DNA from: Leucoraja erinacea
Lineage: Eukaryota
Reading direction: 5' to 3'
Length of the DNA: 64,000 nucleotides
NCBI RefSeq assembly: GCF_028641065.1
Contig: NW_026576818.1
Location: 1 to 64,000 of the forward strand
Part shown: in pieces, positions 10,170 to 22,994 of the stretch
How the letters are laid out: every line of letters starts with the position of its first letter
Numbering within the stretch: position 1 is the first letter of the stretch
Program-made: the position numbers and the translations under genes
The notes under the pieces: model-generated
What the model saw: only the letters and a program-made list of their open reading frames with translations
Told to the model about the DNA's origin: nothing
The model's database searches: none

Positions 10170-13100
10170 GTACCCCCCCTCCACGGCCGGCTCCCGACGG
10201 CCCAGGATCTTCAGGATGTTGGCGCCGATATTCCCTGATAAGTTCCGGGTCGCATATGTTGCGAGCCGGCACCCAAGACCGCTCCTCAGGTCCATAACCC
10301 TCCCAATCCACAATGAAATGGACCATCTTAAAAAATCTGTCCACCACAGTCATGACTGAGGTGTTACCTTCAGAAGAGGGCAAGCCCGTAACAAAGTCCA
10401 TGGAGATGTCTGACCAGGGGCGTGAGGGGACAGGCAGCGGATTCAGGAGGTCAAAGGCGGCCCGACGTGAGGTCTTGTTCCGAGCACAAATACTGCAGGC
10501 GGCGACGTACTCCTTAATCCCCCTCTCCATGGAAGGCCACCAAAACCTTTGTTTGGCCACAAACAGGGTTAGGCGGACACCGGGATGACAGGAGATCCGA
10601 GACGTATGAGCCCAGTGAATCACCAGTGAACGAAGAGACTCGGGAACAAACAGACGATTAGAAGGACACCCTTGCGGAGACTGAACACCAGCAGTAGCCT
10701 CGGAAACTCTCTTCTCAATCTCCCAAGTAACTGCCCCAACAAAACAGGAAGCAGGCAGAATGGGAGTTGAAACCTTAGGGGACGGGTCAGGATCAAACTG
10801 TCTGGAGAGAGCATCAGGTTTACCATTCTTGGCACCAGGGCGGTAAGACAGTACAAAATCAAATCGATTAAAGAAGAGAGCCCACCTTGCTTGGCGCGAG
10901 TTGAGGCGTTTGGCTGACTTGATGTATTCCAGGTTCTTGTGGTCTGTCCAAACTAGAAACGGCTGCTCTGTGCCCTCCAACCGGTGTCTCCATTCCTCCA
11001 ACGCTGTTTTAACCGCTAACTGTTCACGGTTACCCACATCGTAATTTATCTCAGCAGGAGAAAGTTTCTTTGAGAGGAAAGCGCAGGGATGTAATCGACC
11101 ACCTGTGGAGGATTTCTGGGAGAGTACGGCAACGATGCCCACACCCGAGGCATCCACCTCAAGCACGAACTGGAGTGACGGGTCAGGGTGAACCAGGATG
11201 GGGGCTGAGGAGAAGCTCCTCTTGAGTCTCATAAATGCAGTTTCTGCTTGAGGGGACCAAGAGAAAGGCACATGGGGCGAGGTAAGAGCATGAAGTGGTG
11301 CAGCAGTGACACTAAAGTTCCGGATAAACTTCCTATAAAAATTAGCAAACCCAAGGAACCCCTGAAGTCGCTTACGACTGGAGGGTGTAGGCCAGGTGGC
11401 CACAGCACTGACCTTGCTCGGGTCCATCTGTATACCAGCAGGTGATAACCAAGGAATTGAACAGTGTTAACATGAAATTCACATTTCTCAGCTTTCACAA
11501 ACAGATCATTCAGGAGCAAACGTTCCAGCCCTGGTGTACATGCTGCACATGGGACGTTTCGTCTGGAGAAAAGATCAAAATGTCATCAAGGTACACAAAC
11601 ACAAATCTGTTCAGCATGTCCCGTAATACATCATTAACCATTCCTTGAAAAACTGCTGGAGCATTAGTAAGACCAAACGGCATGGCCAGATATTCATAAT
11701 GACCACTGGGTGTGTTAAACGCAGTTTTCCATTCATCCCCCTCCCTTATCCTCACCAGATGATATGCATTTCTAAGATCTAACTTGGTGAATACCTTAGC
11801 GTCTTTTAACAGTTCAAATGCAGAGGAGATAAGAGGAAGAGGGTATCTGTTTTTAACAGTAATGTCATTGAGTCCTCTGTAGTCAATGCAGGGCCGAAGT
11901 GTACCATCCTTCTTATCCACAAAGAAGAATCCAGCTCCTGCAGGTGAAGAGGAAGGTCTGATGATCCTAGCAGCAAGGGACACAGGTGAAACACATCAGG
12001 GCGGGGGCAATAATCACATGAGGGTAAACGACCTGACAGGAAATGGGACCTGAAACAAGAGGAGATGCGAGGCACCAAAATAAAACAAGAATGCACACTC
12101 TAATACTAAAAAACAATAAGAAACAGAAACTAGATCAAACCCGAGACCCGACAGTACCCCCCCTCCACGGCCGGCTCCCGACGGCCCAGGATCTTCAGGA
12201 TGTTGGCGCCGATATTCCCTGATAAGTTCAGGGTCGCATATGTTGCGAGCCGGCACCCAAGACCGCTCCTCAGGTCCATAACCCTCCCATCCACAATGAA
12301 ATGGACCATCTTAAAAAATCTGTCCACCACAGTCATGACTGAGGTGTTACCTTCAGAAGAGGGCAAGCCCGTAACAAAGTCCATGGAGATGTCTGACCAG
12401 GGGCGTGAGGGGACAGGCAGCGGATTCAGGAGGTCAAAGGCGGCCCGACGTGAGGTCTTGTTCCGAGCACAAATACTGCAGGCGGCGACGTACTCCTTAA
12501 TCCCCCTCTCCATGGAAGGCCACCAAAACCTTTGTTTGGCCACAAACAGGGTTAGGCGGACACCGGGATGACAGGAGATCCGAGACGTATGAGCCCAGTG
12601 AATCACCAGTGAACGAAGAGACTCGGGAACAAACAGACGATTAGAAGGACACCCTTGCGGAGACTGAACACCAGCAGTAGCCTCGGAAACTCTCTTCTCA
12701 ATCTCCCAAGTAACTGCCCCAACAAAACAGGAAGCAGGCAGAATGGGAGTTGAAACCTTAGGGGACGGGTCAGGATCAAACTGTCTGGAGAGAGCATCAG
12801 GTTTGCCATTCTTGGCACCAGGGCGGTAAGACAGTACAAAATCAAATCGATTAAAGAAGAGAGCCCACCTTGCTTGGCGCGAGTTGAGGCGTTTGGCTGA
12901 CTTGATGTATTCCAGGTTCTTGTGGTCTGTCCAAACTAGAAACGGCTGCTCTGTGCCCTCCAACCGGTGTCTCCATTCCTCCAACGCTGTTTTAACCGCT
13001 AACTGTTCACGGTTACCCACATCGTAATTTATCTCAGCAGGAGAAAGTTTCTTTGAGAGGAAAGCGCAGGGATGTAATCGACCACCTGTGGAGGATTTCT

Positions 13101-14136
13101 GGGAGAGTACGGCAACGATGCCCACACCCGAGGCATCCACCTCAAGCACGAACTGGAGTGACGGGTCAGGGTGAACCAGGATGGGGGCTGAGGAGAAGCT
13201 CCTCTTGAGTCTCATAAATGCAGTTTCTGCTTGAGGGGACCAAGAGAAAGGCACATGGGGCGAGGTAAGAGCATGAAGTGGTGCAGCAGTGACACTAAAG
13301 TTCCGGATAAACTTCCTATAAAAATTAGCAAACCCAAGGAACCCCTGAAGTCGCTTACGACTGGAGGGTGTAGGCCAGGTGGCCACAGCACTGACCTTGC
13401 TCGGGTCCATCTGTATACCAGCAGGTGATAACCAAGGAATTGAACAGTGTTAACATGAAATTCACATTTCTCAGCTTTCACAAACAGATCATTCAGGAGC
13501 AAACGTTCCAGCCCTGGTGTACATGCTGCACATGGGACGTTTCGTCTGGAGAAAAGATCAAAATGTCATCAAGGTACACAAACACAAATCTGTTCAGCAT
13601 GTCCCGTAATACATCATTAACCATTCCTTGAAAAACTGCTGGAGCATTAGTAAGACCAAACGGCATGGCCAGATATTCATAATGACCACTGGGTGTGTTA
13701 AACGCAGTTTTCCATTCATCCCCCTCCCTTATCCTCACCAGATGATATGCATTTCTAAGATCTAACTTGGTGAATACCTTAGCGTCTTTTAACAGTTCAA
13801 ATGCAGAGGAGATAAGAGGAAGAGGGTATCTGTTTTTAACAGTAATGTCATTGAGTCCTCTGTAGTCAATGCAGGGCCGAAGTGTACCATCCTTCTTATC
13901 CACAAAGAAGAATCCAGCTCCTGCAGGTGAAGAGGAAGGTCTGATGATCCTAGCAGCAAGGGACACAGGTGAAACACATCAGGGCGGGGGCAATAATCAC
14001 ATGAGGGTAAACGACCTGACAGGAAATGGGACCTGAAACAAGAGGAGATGCGAGGCACCAAAATAAAACAAGAATGCACACTCTAATACTAAAAAAAATT
14101 AAGAAACAGAAACTAGATCAAACCCGAGACCTGACA
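9715..14136 (-). mobile_element. Chromoviral Gypsy (sushi-like) LTR retrotransposon, internally deleted and tandemly duplicated
   Basis: RT (YLDDILIFS), RNase H (VDAS, TDHKNL), IN zinc finger and chromodomain ([13 protein letters not shown]); PPT GGAGGGGGGGTAC; 5-bp TSD GACTG (9710-9714/14137-14141); unit of about 1983 bp present twice. Confidence 0.95.
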
Positions 14137-14168
14137 GACTGGGATTATCCGAATGAACTATCACCACC

Positions 14169-15092
14169 ATGGCGGCATCCCTGCGAACATCCACCAGGAA
14201 GCAGTATTTAACCTACATCAAAAAATGGGAAAAGTACCGCCAGGAAACAGGGACAACATACGAAACTGCCACAACCACCGACGTGCTGGAGTTCCTGGCC
14301 CATCTACACCATGACGAAAGGATCAGTTACAATGCCATCAATGCAGCACAAAGCGCCCTGTCTGCTTACCTAAAACCAGCAGGACAGCAGGCCATGGGAT
14401 CCCATCCACTGGTGGTAAAACTCATGAAGGGCATTTTTAATATTAAGCCCCCTAAACCCAGGTATACCCATGTTTGGGATATCAGTGTGGTATTGACATA
14501 CCTCAGGGGATGGCCACCAGCTAGATCCCTCAGCCTCGAGCAATCTACATTAAAAACGCTCATGCTAATAGCACTCGTATCTGCTCAGAGGGTCCAGTCG
14601 CTGCACAAATTAAGACTGGACAACATGGTGATCACCCCAGACCAGATTACGTTCATCATTCTAGGTCTGGTGAAACAAAGCAGGCCAGGAACGCCCAATC
14701 CACTGGTGGTATTCCGGGCCTACCCACCAGAGCCAAGGTTGTGTGTGGTGACCCATCTACAGCAATACCTAGACACAACCCACAATCTCAGAGGGAGTGA
14801 AAAAGCCTTATGGGTCAGCCACAAGAAACCTCATGGACGGGTAACGAGCCAAACCATTTCACGGTGGCTCAAACAGATGCTGAAAGCTGCTGGAATAGAC
14901 ACTAATACTTTTAAATCCCATTCAACTAGGGCAGCATCGACAACAGCGGCTGAACGAATGGACGTCCCGGTTGACCACATTCTCAATACGGCAGGATGGT
15001 CGAGGGAAACGACGTTCAGAACATTTTATAATAAGCCGTTGATGAAGCCTGACTTGTTTGCAGACAGAATATTACAAACTGCAAATATTTAA
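14169..15092 (+). CDS. DIRS tyrosine recombinase (N-terminus at about 9691-9714, separated by the Gypsy)
   Basis: Catalytic motifs AQRVQSL, HSTRAAS, AGW and TFRTFY; removing the Gypsy restores the frame PYQGL|GLSE*TITTMAAS. Confidence 0.9.
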   Translation: MAASLRTSTRKQYLTYIKKWEKYRQETGTTYETATTTDVLEFLAHLHHDERISYNAINAAQSALSAYLKPAGQQAMGSHPLVVKLMKGIFNIKPPKPRYTHVWDISVVLTYLRGWPPARSLSLEQSTLKTLMLIALVSAQRVQSLHKLRLDNMVITPDQITFIILGLVKQSRPGTPNPLVVFRAYPPEPRLCVVTHLQQYLDTTHNLRGSEKALWVSHKKPHGRVTSQTISRWLKQMLKAAGIDTNTFKSHSTRAASTTAAERMDVPVDHILNTAGWSRETTFRTFYNKPLMKPDLFADRILQTANI

Positions 15093-15258
15093 TTTAAGCC
15101 CGGGGGAGCAATTTATTTTTGTTATTGTTAATAAACACCTTTCTGTTTCTTGAAAAAACAGATTCTTTGGTTGATTACGATAACACTTCCTCCCTCAAGA
15201 ACTTCGGCAATGAGTGAAATAAAAACTGTTACACGGTTTGAAATCACAGACCTTTGAA

Positions 15259-15599
15259 GTCTTCACGTATTCACTCACGTGACTCCGAAGTAAAATAGTA
15301 AGATTAAACGAGAACTTACCAGTTCGAGGTTTGATCTGTATTTTATGAGGAGTTACGATGAGGGATTACGTGCCCTCCGCTCGCACCCTCATTATATAGA
15401 TCAAACTAGCAAACTGATGTCTCCTTATCTTTACTATGTTTACTTCAAATAACTGTGTCTATCTGTGATTCCACACCGCAGCTTGGAAGTATGCCGCACC
15501 TGCGCACTGAGCGGGTTCTTCACGTAATCCCTCATCGTAACTCCTCATAAAATACAGATAAAACCTTGAACTGGTAAGTTCTCGTTTAATCTTACTATT
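15259..15599 (+). repeat. DIRS internal complementary region (about 15259-15373) and right ITR plus extension (about 15490-15599)
   Basis: ICR = complement of the left end (cacgtgactccgaagtaaaa) fused to the complement of the right end (tagtaagattaaacgagaacttaccagtt); 15492-15526 is complementary to 6366-6400. Confidence 0.9.
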
Positions 15600-15629
15600 A
15601 TAGCATTTAAGAAGGAACTGCAGATGCTG

Positions 15630-16450
15630 GAATTGGATTATAGGGATCTTTTTTGCGGCAGCAGTGACCTGCACAAGAGGGATGGGTTACACTTGAACTG
15701 GATGGTGACCAATGTTCTGGTGGACAGATTTGCTCACGACACCAGGGAAGATTTTAAATTGATTGGCAGTGGTGTGGGATCTAAAGCAGTAGTGAGGCAA
15801 GTGGAAGCTGCAGCTTGATTGCAAAGTCAGCAACACCAAGTTCAGTATATATGTCATGCAGCAACAGGGCAGGGAATGAGCAAAGGGCGTCAGATTAAAT
15901 GACATTTACTTCAGTAAAAGAGGCCGGACAGGTGAAGTCATCGAACACTGGACGCGAATAAGTACATGGCATTGGGATATTATAGCTCCTGCAGAAATAT
16001 AGTTAATGGAGGGTCAGGCTGGTAGCTTAATGTTCCAGGGTACCAGTGCAACAGGCGAGATGGAGCAGGAGAAAGAGAGGAGAGGTAGTTGAATTTATGA
16101 TGGGGGGAACATCACGCAGTTATCTAAAATGAAAGTATTGAGGATTAATGAATGGAACATTGAAATATAGGGGTGATCTTGTTGTGAATTAGAGGAGCAA
16201 AGATGCAGCATGATTGTATTGTATTGTATTCAATTTATTGTCATTATCTTATATTAGAGACAACAAAATGAATTTTCCTTACAGTTAAGTATCATAAAAA
16301 ATGGTACTTGACTGTAAAAACTGGATTGGAGAAAGTTGCAAGAATAATAAAGGCTGTGAAGTGGATTTTACGTTTCAGGATATAGACATGGACAGCCATG
16401 GTGCAAAGGGCTCAGATGAGGTCGGCAAAGCTTAACCTATTCGTGTTAAA
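15630..16450 (+). mobile_element. Highly degraded CR1 (end of ORF1 and endonuclease region)
   Basis: DLF..SDLHKRDGLHLNW resembles the CR1 ORF1 end at 48285-48617; continues from 6247-6339 across DIRS B. Confidence 0.55.
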
Positions 16451-16589
16451 ACTATAGATGGGGAGGCACTTTAGTTCTATTTGTGTTGATACAGTTATGG
16501 TAAAATGCAGAACTGCTCCTCAAGCTAAAGTTATAAACTGAAACTAGACAAATGTTAACAGTATATGACAGAATCTTACAAAAATGATA

Positions 16590-17207
16590 GGAGTATAGAA
16601 GCTGGGATGTAATGTTAAAATTGTACAAGGCATTGGTGAGGCCAAATCTGGAATATGGTGTACAATTTTGGTCGCCAAATTATAGGAAGGATGTCAACAA
16701 AATAGAGAGAGTACAGAGGAGATTTACTAGAATGTTGCCTGGGTTTCAGCAACTAAGTTACAGAGAAAGGTTGAACAAGTTAGGGCTTTATTCTTTGGAG
16801 CGCAGAAGGTTAAGGGGGGACCTGATAGAGGTCTTTAAAATGATGAGAGGGATAGACAGAGTTGATGTGGACAAGCTTTTCCCTTTGAGAATAGGGAAGA
16901 TTCAAACAAGAGGACATGACTTCAGAATTAAGGGACAGAAGTTTAGGGGTAATATGAGGGGGAACTTCTTTACGCAGAGAGTGGTGGCTGTGTGGAATGA
17001 GCTCCCAGTGGAAGTGGTGGAGGCAGGTTCATTGGTATCATTTAAAAATAAATTGGATAGGCATATGGATGAGAAGGGAATGGAGGGTTACGGTACGAGT
17101 GCAGGCAGGTGGGACTAAGGGGAAAAAATTTTGTTCGGCATGGACTTGTAGGGCCGAGATAGCCTGTTTCCGTGCTGTAATTGTTATATGGTTATATGGT
17201 TATATGG
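16590..17207 (+). mobile_element. CR1 LINE 3' end
   Basis: ORF LYKALVRPNLEY...LRGDLIEVFK...FFTQRVV..WN; (tatatggt)n tail. Confidence 0.9.
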
Positions 17208-18133
17208 AGTATGTTGTTTGAGTATAAAGGAACGTCTGGAAAGTGAGATAGTGAGCGGTCAAGTTCTGAATATTCCTGTTGGTGTGAAGGGCAGGGCCAG
17301 CAGGAGGAGGGAGCTCTGGGATACAAGAGGTATGGAGGCTCTGGTCAGTAAAAAGGAAGGTGTGTTCAGGTACAGCCAGCTGCTATCAAGTGATCACTGG
17401 ATATGTACAGGAGATGCAGTAGTATGCATGGGAAGGAATAAGGGAGTTAAAAATGGGGGAACGAGATGACTTTGGCATAGAAGTTTTAAGGAGAACAATG
17501 GAAAAAGTAACTGGTCAAAAAGTATCCGTTAAAGACCAAAGTCCATGTGTGGAGCTGCAGGAGGTTGGCAAGGACCTTGGAGAGTATTTCTCCTCTGTTT
17601 TGAATATATATAAAAATACATGAAGGTGACGGAATGAAGAATTCACGGGGAAGTCTTCAATATGGTAGAGCAGGTGCTGGATGTATAAAGCAGATCATTC
17701 TTTAAGGACTTTCAGAAAGAACTGCAGGTGGTGGAAAAATCGAAGGTAGACAAAAATGCGGGAGAAACAGCAGGTGAGGCAGCATCTATGGATCGAAGGA
17801 ATAGGCGCCATTTCGGATCGAGACCCTTCTTCAGACTAATGGACTGACCAGCCATATTCAAGGATACTGTACAAAGCTGGGGAAGAAATTACATGAACCC
17901 AAGCTGAGATTTATCGATCATGATTCCACACGGGTGAGGTTCTGGGACACTGGATGTTGGTGTCAAGTTGGGAAAAGGAGAAGTACAACGGGATCTAGAG
18001 GTCTTTGTTCATCAGTCAATGAAAGTAAGCATGCAGGTAGAGCAGGCAGTGAAGAAAGTGAATGGCATGCTGGCCTTCATAACAAGAGGAGTTGAGTATA
18101 GGAGCTAAGAGGTCCTTCTGCAGTTGTATAGTA

Positions 18134-19153
18134 GGTATGTTCCAAAACCTACCTGAATCGTCGTTGAGAATCTGCCCCAGCCCGTGTGTGTGATTTTGGC
18201 GCTGTTTAGAGGGGGCGGGTTTAAAACGCGATTTTTACTAGGCTGTTACAATCGAAAATGTTCAGCCTAGTAAATCATTAACGAAAAATCGCTGAAAGAC
18301 CCCGTCGCAAAAGGTATTATTAGTTTTTATGGCCTTGTATAATAGTTATAGTAGTTTAAAAATCACTCTCTAAATCCGCGACCTCTCGCAGCCCCAGGGT
18401 TTTATAAAGCAAACAATTAAAGGTTTATTTTTACATTAAAAAGGATTTCTTTAGAACCCTTTATACAAAGTTACTAATGCGAGTAGCTAATTTTGGGCTC
18501 TTTATATCCCGCAGTATTTTTCTGGGCACTAATCCAGCGCAATGTGAACGTTCTAAACCAGCGCGTTCACAGGAACCCACTAGAAAGCTGATTTAAAATT
18601 GACTTTAATTTACAGCAATTGAACACTAAATTCCTTCCATTTGGCCTATAAATTAATGTAAATGAGATTTCAAAATCATGTTTTATTGAGAATTATTTAT
18701 GAATATTATTTGGACACTTGGGCTATTTAAAAATGTTTATCATTTATTAAGAAATGGTTAGAGAGTTTAGATCTAGTAATTGAAGTTTGAAATTAGCTAC
18801 ACTTGGGTAACTAACTAATTATATGTTTTAATTTCAGGTCATCCAAGTAAGATTATTTTATATTTGTTTCAGAATAGTTCAATCTATGATAACTGAAAAT
18901 TTCATTCAGTTCTCTTAATTTTTAAGAAGGTTATGGCCTTTTGACAGCACACGATCACAGCTTTTTTGTTATGTCCATAGAAAATCAATAGGGAACAAGA
19001 TGCTAATTTCCGAGTATGAAAATGGCCATAACTTTTTAAATACTTGAGATATGAAAGTGAATTAGGTGTCAAATTAAACTTCTTTTTATGCTTTATCTGA
19101 TGGGATAAATTACAGACTTGATTTTTTAAATCTCAAAATGTTGTAACATTGCC
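18134..19153. mobile_element. Putative non-autonomous DNA transposon (superfamily uncertain)
   Basis: Imperfect TIRs GGTATGTTCCAAAA / GGCAATGTTACAAC; AT-rich non-coding interior; interrupts a CR1 fragment at about 17965-18130. Confidence 0.5.
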
Positions 19154-19814
19154 CTAGAAAGCTTTATGCATGGGCCAGATATATTGTCAGTGCAGAGGGG
19201 CTAGGAGCAAGGGCAAGTGTGCATCCAGGTTCAAGGTCTGGAATAGTACTAGGTGTGCAGTCAAAGCTGGGACAATGGGAGTGTTCAGCACTGGGAACCT
19301 AAGCAGGTAAGCAGATATGATCAGGGAAGAATAAGGGGCCAGGTGCAAGGCTGAACTCAGGGTCATGAATGAGAGAAGGTATGCAACCGGAGTCAGGGTC
19401 AGGAGTAGTACCAGGTGTGCAGTGAGACCCAGGATGGTCAACTTGGGCCAAGTGCTTGATTATAATCTGATTTCCATACATGAATACACGGAGATCATTC
19501 ATGTGCTGCATCTGTTGATCACAGTCTGGCTCTACTGTGGAATGTAATTTAGCCTAACCTTATTCATAGCTAATCCAACTTAAAGCATAAATATTGCATT
19601 CAAGTGTAGGTTAAAAGACTAGCTGCAGTATGCACCAGATTGCACAATTTCAAGCTGAAAAAATGCAAGAGCTCCATAACAATGGGTGGGAGACACCCCC
19701 CTCCCACAGTCTAACCCCATTCCACCCCCCCCACCCCCTCGGTGGCTACGCTCCCTCGGGCTTTGTCTCTCGCAATTTCTCACTCCCAACTCTCACCCAA
19801 TGTTTACAGCCCTG

Positions 19815-20065
19815 CTATGAGTCAGAGTATAGAAGTGAGATCGACAAATTGACCAGATGGTACCAGCACAATAACCTGGTTCCCAATACCAGTAAAATCA
19901 AGGAACTGGTTGTAGACTTTGGCAGAGGAAGGATGAGCACCCACAATCCTGTTTAAATCAATGGGACGATCGTGTAGAGAGTAAAAAACTTCAAATTCCT
20001 GGGCATGCATATTTCTGAAGATCTTTCTTGGACCCAGCACACTAATGCAATTATAGAGAATGCAC
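19815..20065 (+). mobile_element. Rex1/Babar-like LINE RT fragment
   Basis: ESEYRSEIDKLTRW..HNNL..NTSK.KELVVDF followed by VKNFKFLG.HISEDLSWTQH. Confidence 0.75.
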
Positions 20066-20074
20066 ATCAGCGTC

Positions 20075-20303
20075 TCCACTCAAGTCCTACTCTACTCTCT
20101 AATTTTAGATAGCCCTTGCTTTCTCCGTCCTTCCCCTCCCCCTTCCCAGCTCTCCCAAAAAGCCGACTGTCTCCGCCTCTTCCTTTCTTTTCCCCCCCCC
20201 ACCGACATTGGGCTGAAGAAGGGTCTCGACCCAAAACGTCACCTGTTCCTTCTCTCCATACATGCTGCCTCACCTGCTGAGTTTCTCCAGCATTTTTTGT
20301 CGA
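20075..20303 (+). mobile_element. Penelope-like 3' fragment
   Basis: Same pyrimidine-rich UTR and ctgaagaagggtctcgacc...gctgagtttctccagc motif as the other Penelope ends. Confidence 0.75.
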
Positions 20304-20604
20304 CCAGTCAAAGTGGATTGGGAGCAACGGCTAGAGGGGGAAACGATCTGGTGTGTGGGACGCATTAAACAATGAGGGAGTACAAGGTCTGAGTCAGCAG
20401 GTCCCTGTGAGATAAATAAGCAAATGTGCTTACCTTGGTTTAGTTCTGACTCTCTCTCCATCCCTCCCCCACCCTAATTCTCCGACTAGTTTCACTGTTG
20501 TTCTGATAATTTTACTGATTTTATGCCTCCATGTCACCTTAGCTAACAATGCGCTGGGCCCGGGATATTAACACTGGTGGAACATCTCTAGAATTTCATG
20601 GAGC

Positions 20605-21470
20605 TTTATAGCACAGAAACAGGCCGCCTGGTTCACCTTGGCCATGGTGACCATGTCTGCATTCTGGGTCAGTTCCACTTGCCCACATTTGACCCTTGGC
20701 TTCTAATCCCTTCCTGTCCCAATGTTGGTCAAAATATATTTTAAACATTGTAATTGTACCTGTTTCCTCAACAGCTCATTCCAGATATGAACTACTCTCA
20801 GTTAAAATGTTGCCCTGAGGTCCCTCTTCAATCCCTCCTCTCACCTTGGGCCAATGCTTCTAGTTTTAGAATCCTTTATCCTGGGGAAAATAAACTGAGT
20901 GTTCAATATCCATGCCCCTCATGATTTTTCACACTTTATTTAGGTCACCCCTCGGCCTCCTATGCTCCCAAATCAATCCTTGCCTATCCAGCCTCTCCCT
21001 ATAATTCAAACACACGTCCCCAAAACATCTTGGTAAACCTCTTCTGCACCCTTTCCAGCATAATGGCATCCTGCTACAGCTGAGCAACTAGAACTACATA
21101 CACTATTCCAGGTGTAGTCTCACCAATACAAAGCTGCATCATGATATCCAAATCTTTGTATTCAATACCCTTCCCATTGAAGGCAAACATGCCAAAGAGA
21201 TCTCTCTTCTGCAACACTCTCCAATGTTCTACCATTTACTGTGCAAGTCCTACCCTGGATTTGCATATCAGTGTGCAACACCTCACATTTGTCAGTGTTA
21301 AATTTTATTTGCAATTCATTGCCCCACCAAACCAACTGATCTAGATCAACAATGTTGGTGTCATCTGCAGAATTACTCACAATGTTACCTGCATTGTCAT
21401 CCAAAACATTAATGTAGGTAACAAACAACATTGAATTCTGCACCGACACCTGCAGCACAGCACTGATTAC
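20605..21470 (-). mobile_element. Degraded CR1 3' region
   Basis: ADDT, FNTDKCEVLH on the minus strand; CR1-type 3' UTR. Confidence 0.6.
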
Positions 21471-21649
21471 AAAATACAACCCTCCATTTATCTTGTGGAC
21501 CAGGGGTTCCCAACCTTTGTCGTCCCTTTGACCCTTCCAACTTTAATTGCACATAGCAATGTTATTTCAGTTATTTATTAACAACTAATGGTGAACAACA
21601 ATTGTATACCAGAACCAAACACAGTTAGTCAATGAGAAAAAATATGTAC

Positions 21650-22445
21650 AACAATACAATACAATACAATACGGTTTATTTGTCACATTGCACATAAGTG
21701 CAAGTGAAATGAATACGTCAGCAGCGGTACAATTGTAAAGAACACGCACAAAAACACAATAAAAATTTAACATAAACATCCACCACAGCATTTATCACTG
21801 TGCTGGAAGGCACACAATTTGGCCAGTCCTCCTCCATTTCCCCCCGTGGTCGGGACCTCATCCCTGCGCAGCCGTTGCTGAGGGCGTCCAGATGGTAAAA
21901 GGACAAGGTACAAGTCCAGGTAAGTCCAGAGTCGGCTCTTCCCCACCGGAGACAGCGGCTTTAAGTTGGTGTAGGCCGCAGGCTGGCGGTCGAAGATTTA
22001 AAGTCCCCGCCGCGCCGCAGACAGAAGCACCGCAGACTGCAGGGTCGGCGGTCGAAGCACCCCTCCAGGGGTGATGTTAAGTTCACGCCGGGCCCACGGT
22101 AGAAGTTGGCCGCGGGCCGGCAGTGATGGCTTCTTCTTCTCCCGGGTCCCCTACGAGGGATCCCGGGCTGTGGACGCCGCGCCAGCTGGATCTGTGCAGA
22201 CCGTGCGCGACTTCAGGCTGCCGGCTGCCCCGGGCCAGCGAAACGGAGCGCTCCCCTCCAGCGAGCCCCAGCGAGGGCTCACCTGCTCCACGCCGAGAAT
22301 CCACGCTGCGCCCGCCGCTGAAGTCCCGAGCGCGTCTCCGGGAAAGGCCGCGCCAATCCTTGCTGTTAGGCCACGGGGGAGGCGACCTGGAAAAAGTCGC
22401 CTCTCCATGGAGGAGGCGGCCAAAACGGTTTCCCCCTGGAACCCT
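21650..22445 (-). mobile_element. Probable LINE 3' UTR with (ATTGT)n tail; family not identified
   Basis: aatac repeats at 21650-21672 followed by tttatttgtcac; GC-rich non-coding body. Confidence 0.35.
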
Positions 22446-22994
22446 TGCTGTGGAATCTTCCCAACCAGCCAATGTGATGTGGGTCCCACCCTCTCCCACC
22501 TATTCAGTGACTTCCTGACCCCACCGTCTTCTGGGTAACATTTATCTTCTCCCCTCTTCTTTTCCCCCACCACCCCACCCCCCATCTATTAATTATGCAT
22601 CTCTGTTCTTTGGCTCTTTACTTCCCACTGGTAGCAGGGTGCCCATTAGTAAATGAAGACAGATTAAAAGTTGCAGTAAACTCCAGCGCGTCAGGCAGCA
22701 CCTCTGGGAAAAATGACCCCAGGTTGACGTTTCGGGTCATGGCCCTTATCAGACGATATATTAGGAGGCGTCTGAAAGGACAGTCTGGGTCCCTGTCTTC
22801 TGGTGAACATTTCATTCTGAAACCGATTTACCCCCTCTTCATTTGCTCCTCCGGTATTTGACAGTTTTGGCTTCTGGGACCTATCAGTGATGCTGAAGTG
22901 TTCGCCAACACTCTACACTATCTCCTCAATTAATCGAATCAACTATGATAAATGAAAATCAGAAAAATGTTCCCACCCGAAAACATCGTCTGTC

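Larger units (their letters stand above)
6340..15599 (+). mobile_element. DIRS1-like tyrosine-recombinase retrotransposon B (all structural parts present; interrupted by Gypsy)
   Basis: Left ITR, ORF1, RT/RNase H/MT, YR, internal complementary region and right ITR in canonical order; no TSD; ATT overlap at both ends. Confidence 0.95.

Noticed and set aside
19187-19460. Degenerate repeat ORFs (LTAHLVL...) as a host exon
   Set aside because: Short imperfect internal repeats with no splice or domain support; probably an old repeat.
22071-22585. Several overlapping 130-155 aa ORFs
   Set aside because: GC-rich repeat sequence lacking stops by composition; no recognisable domain.
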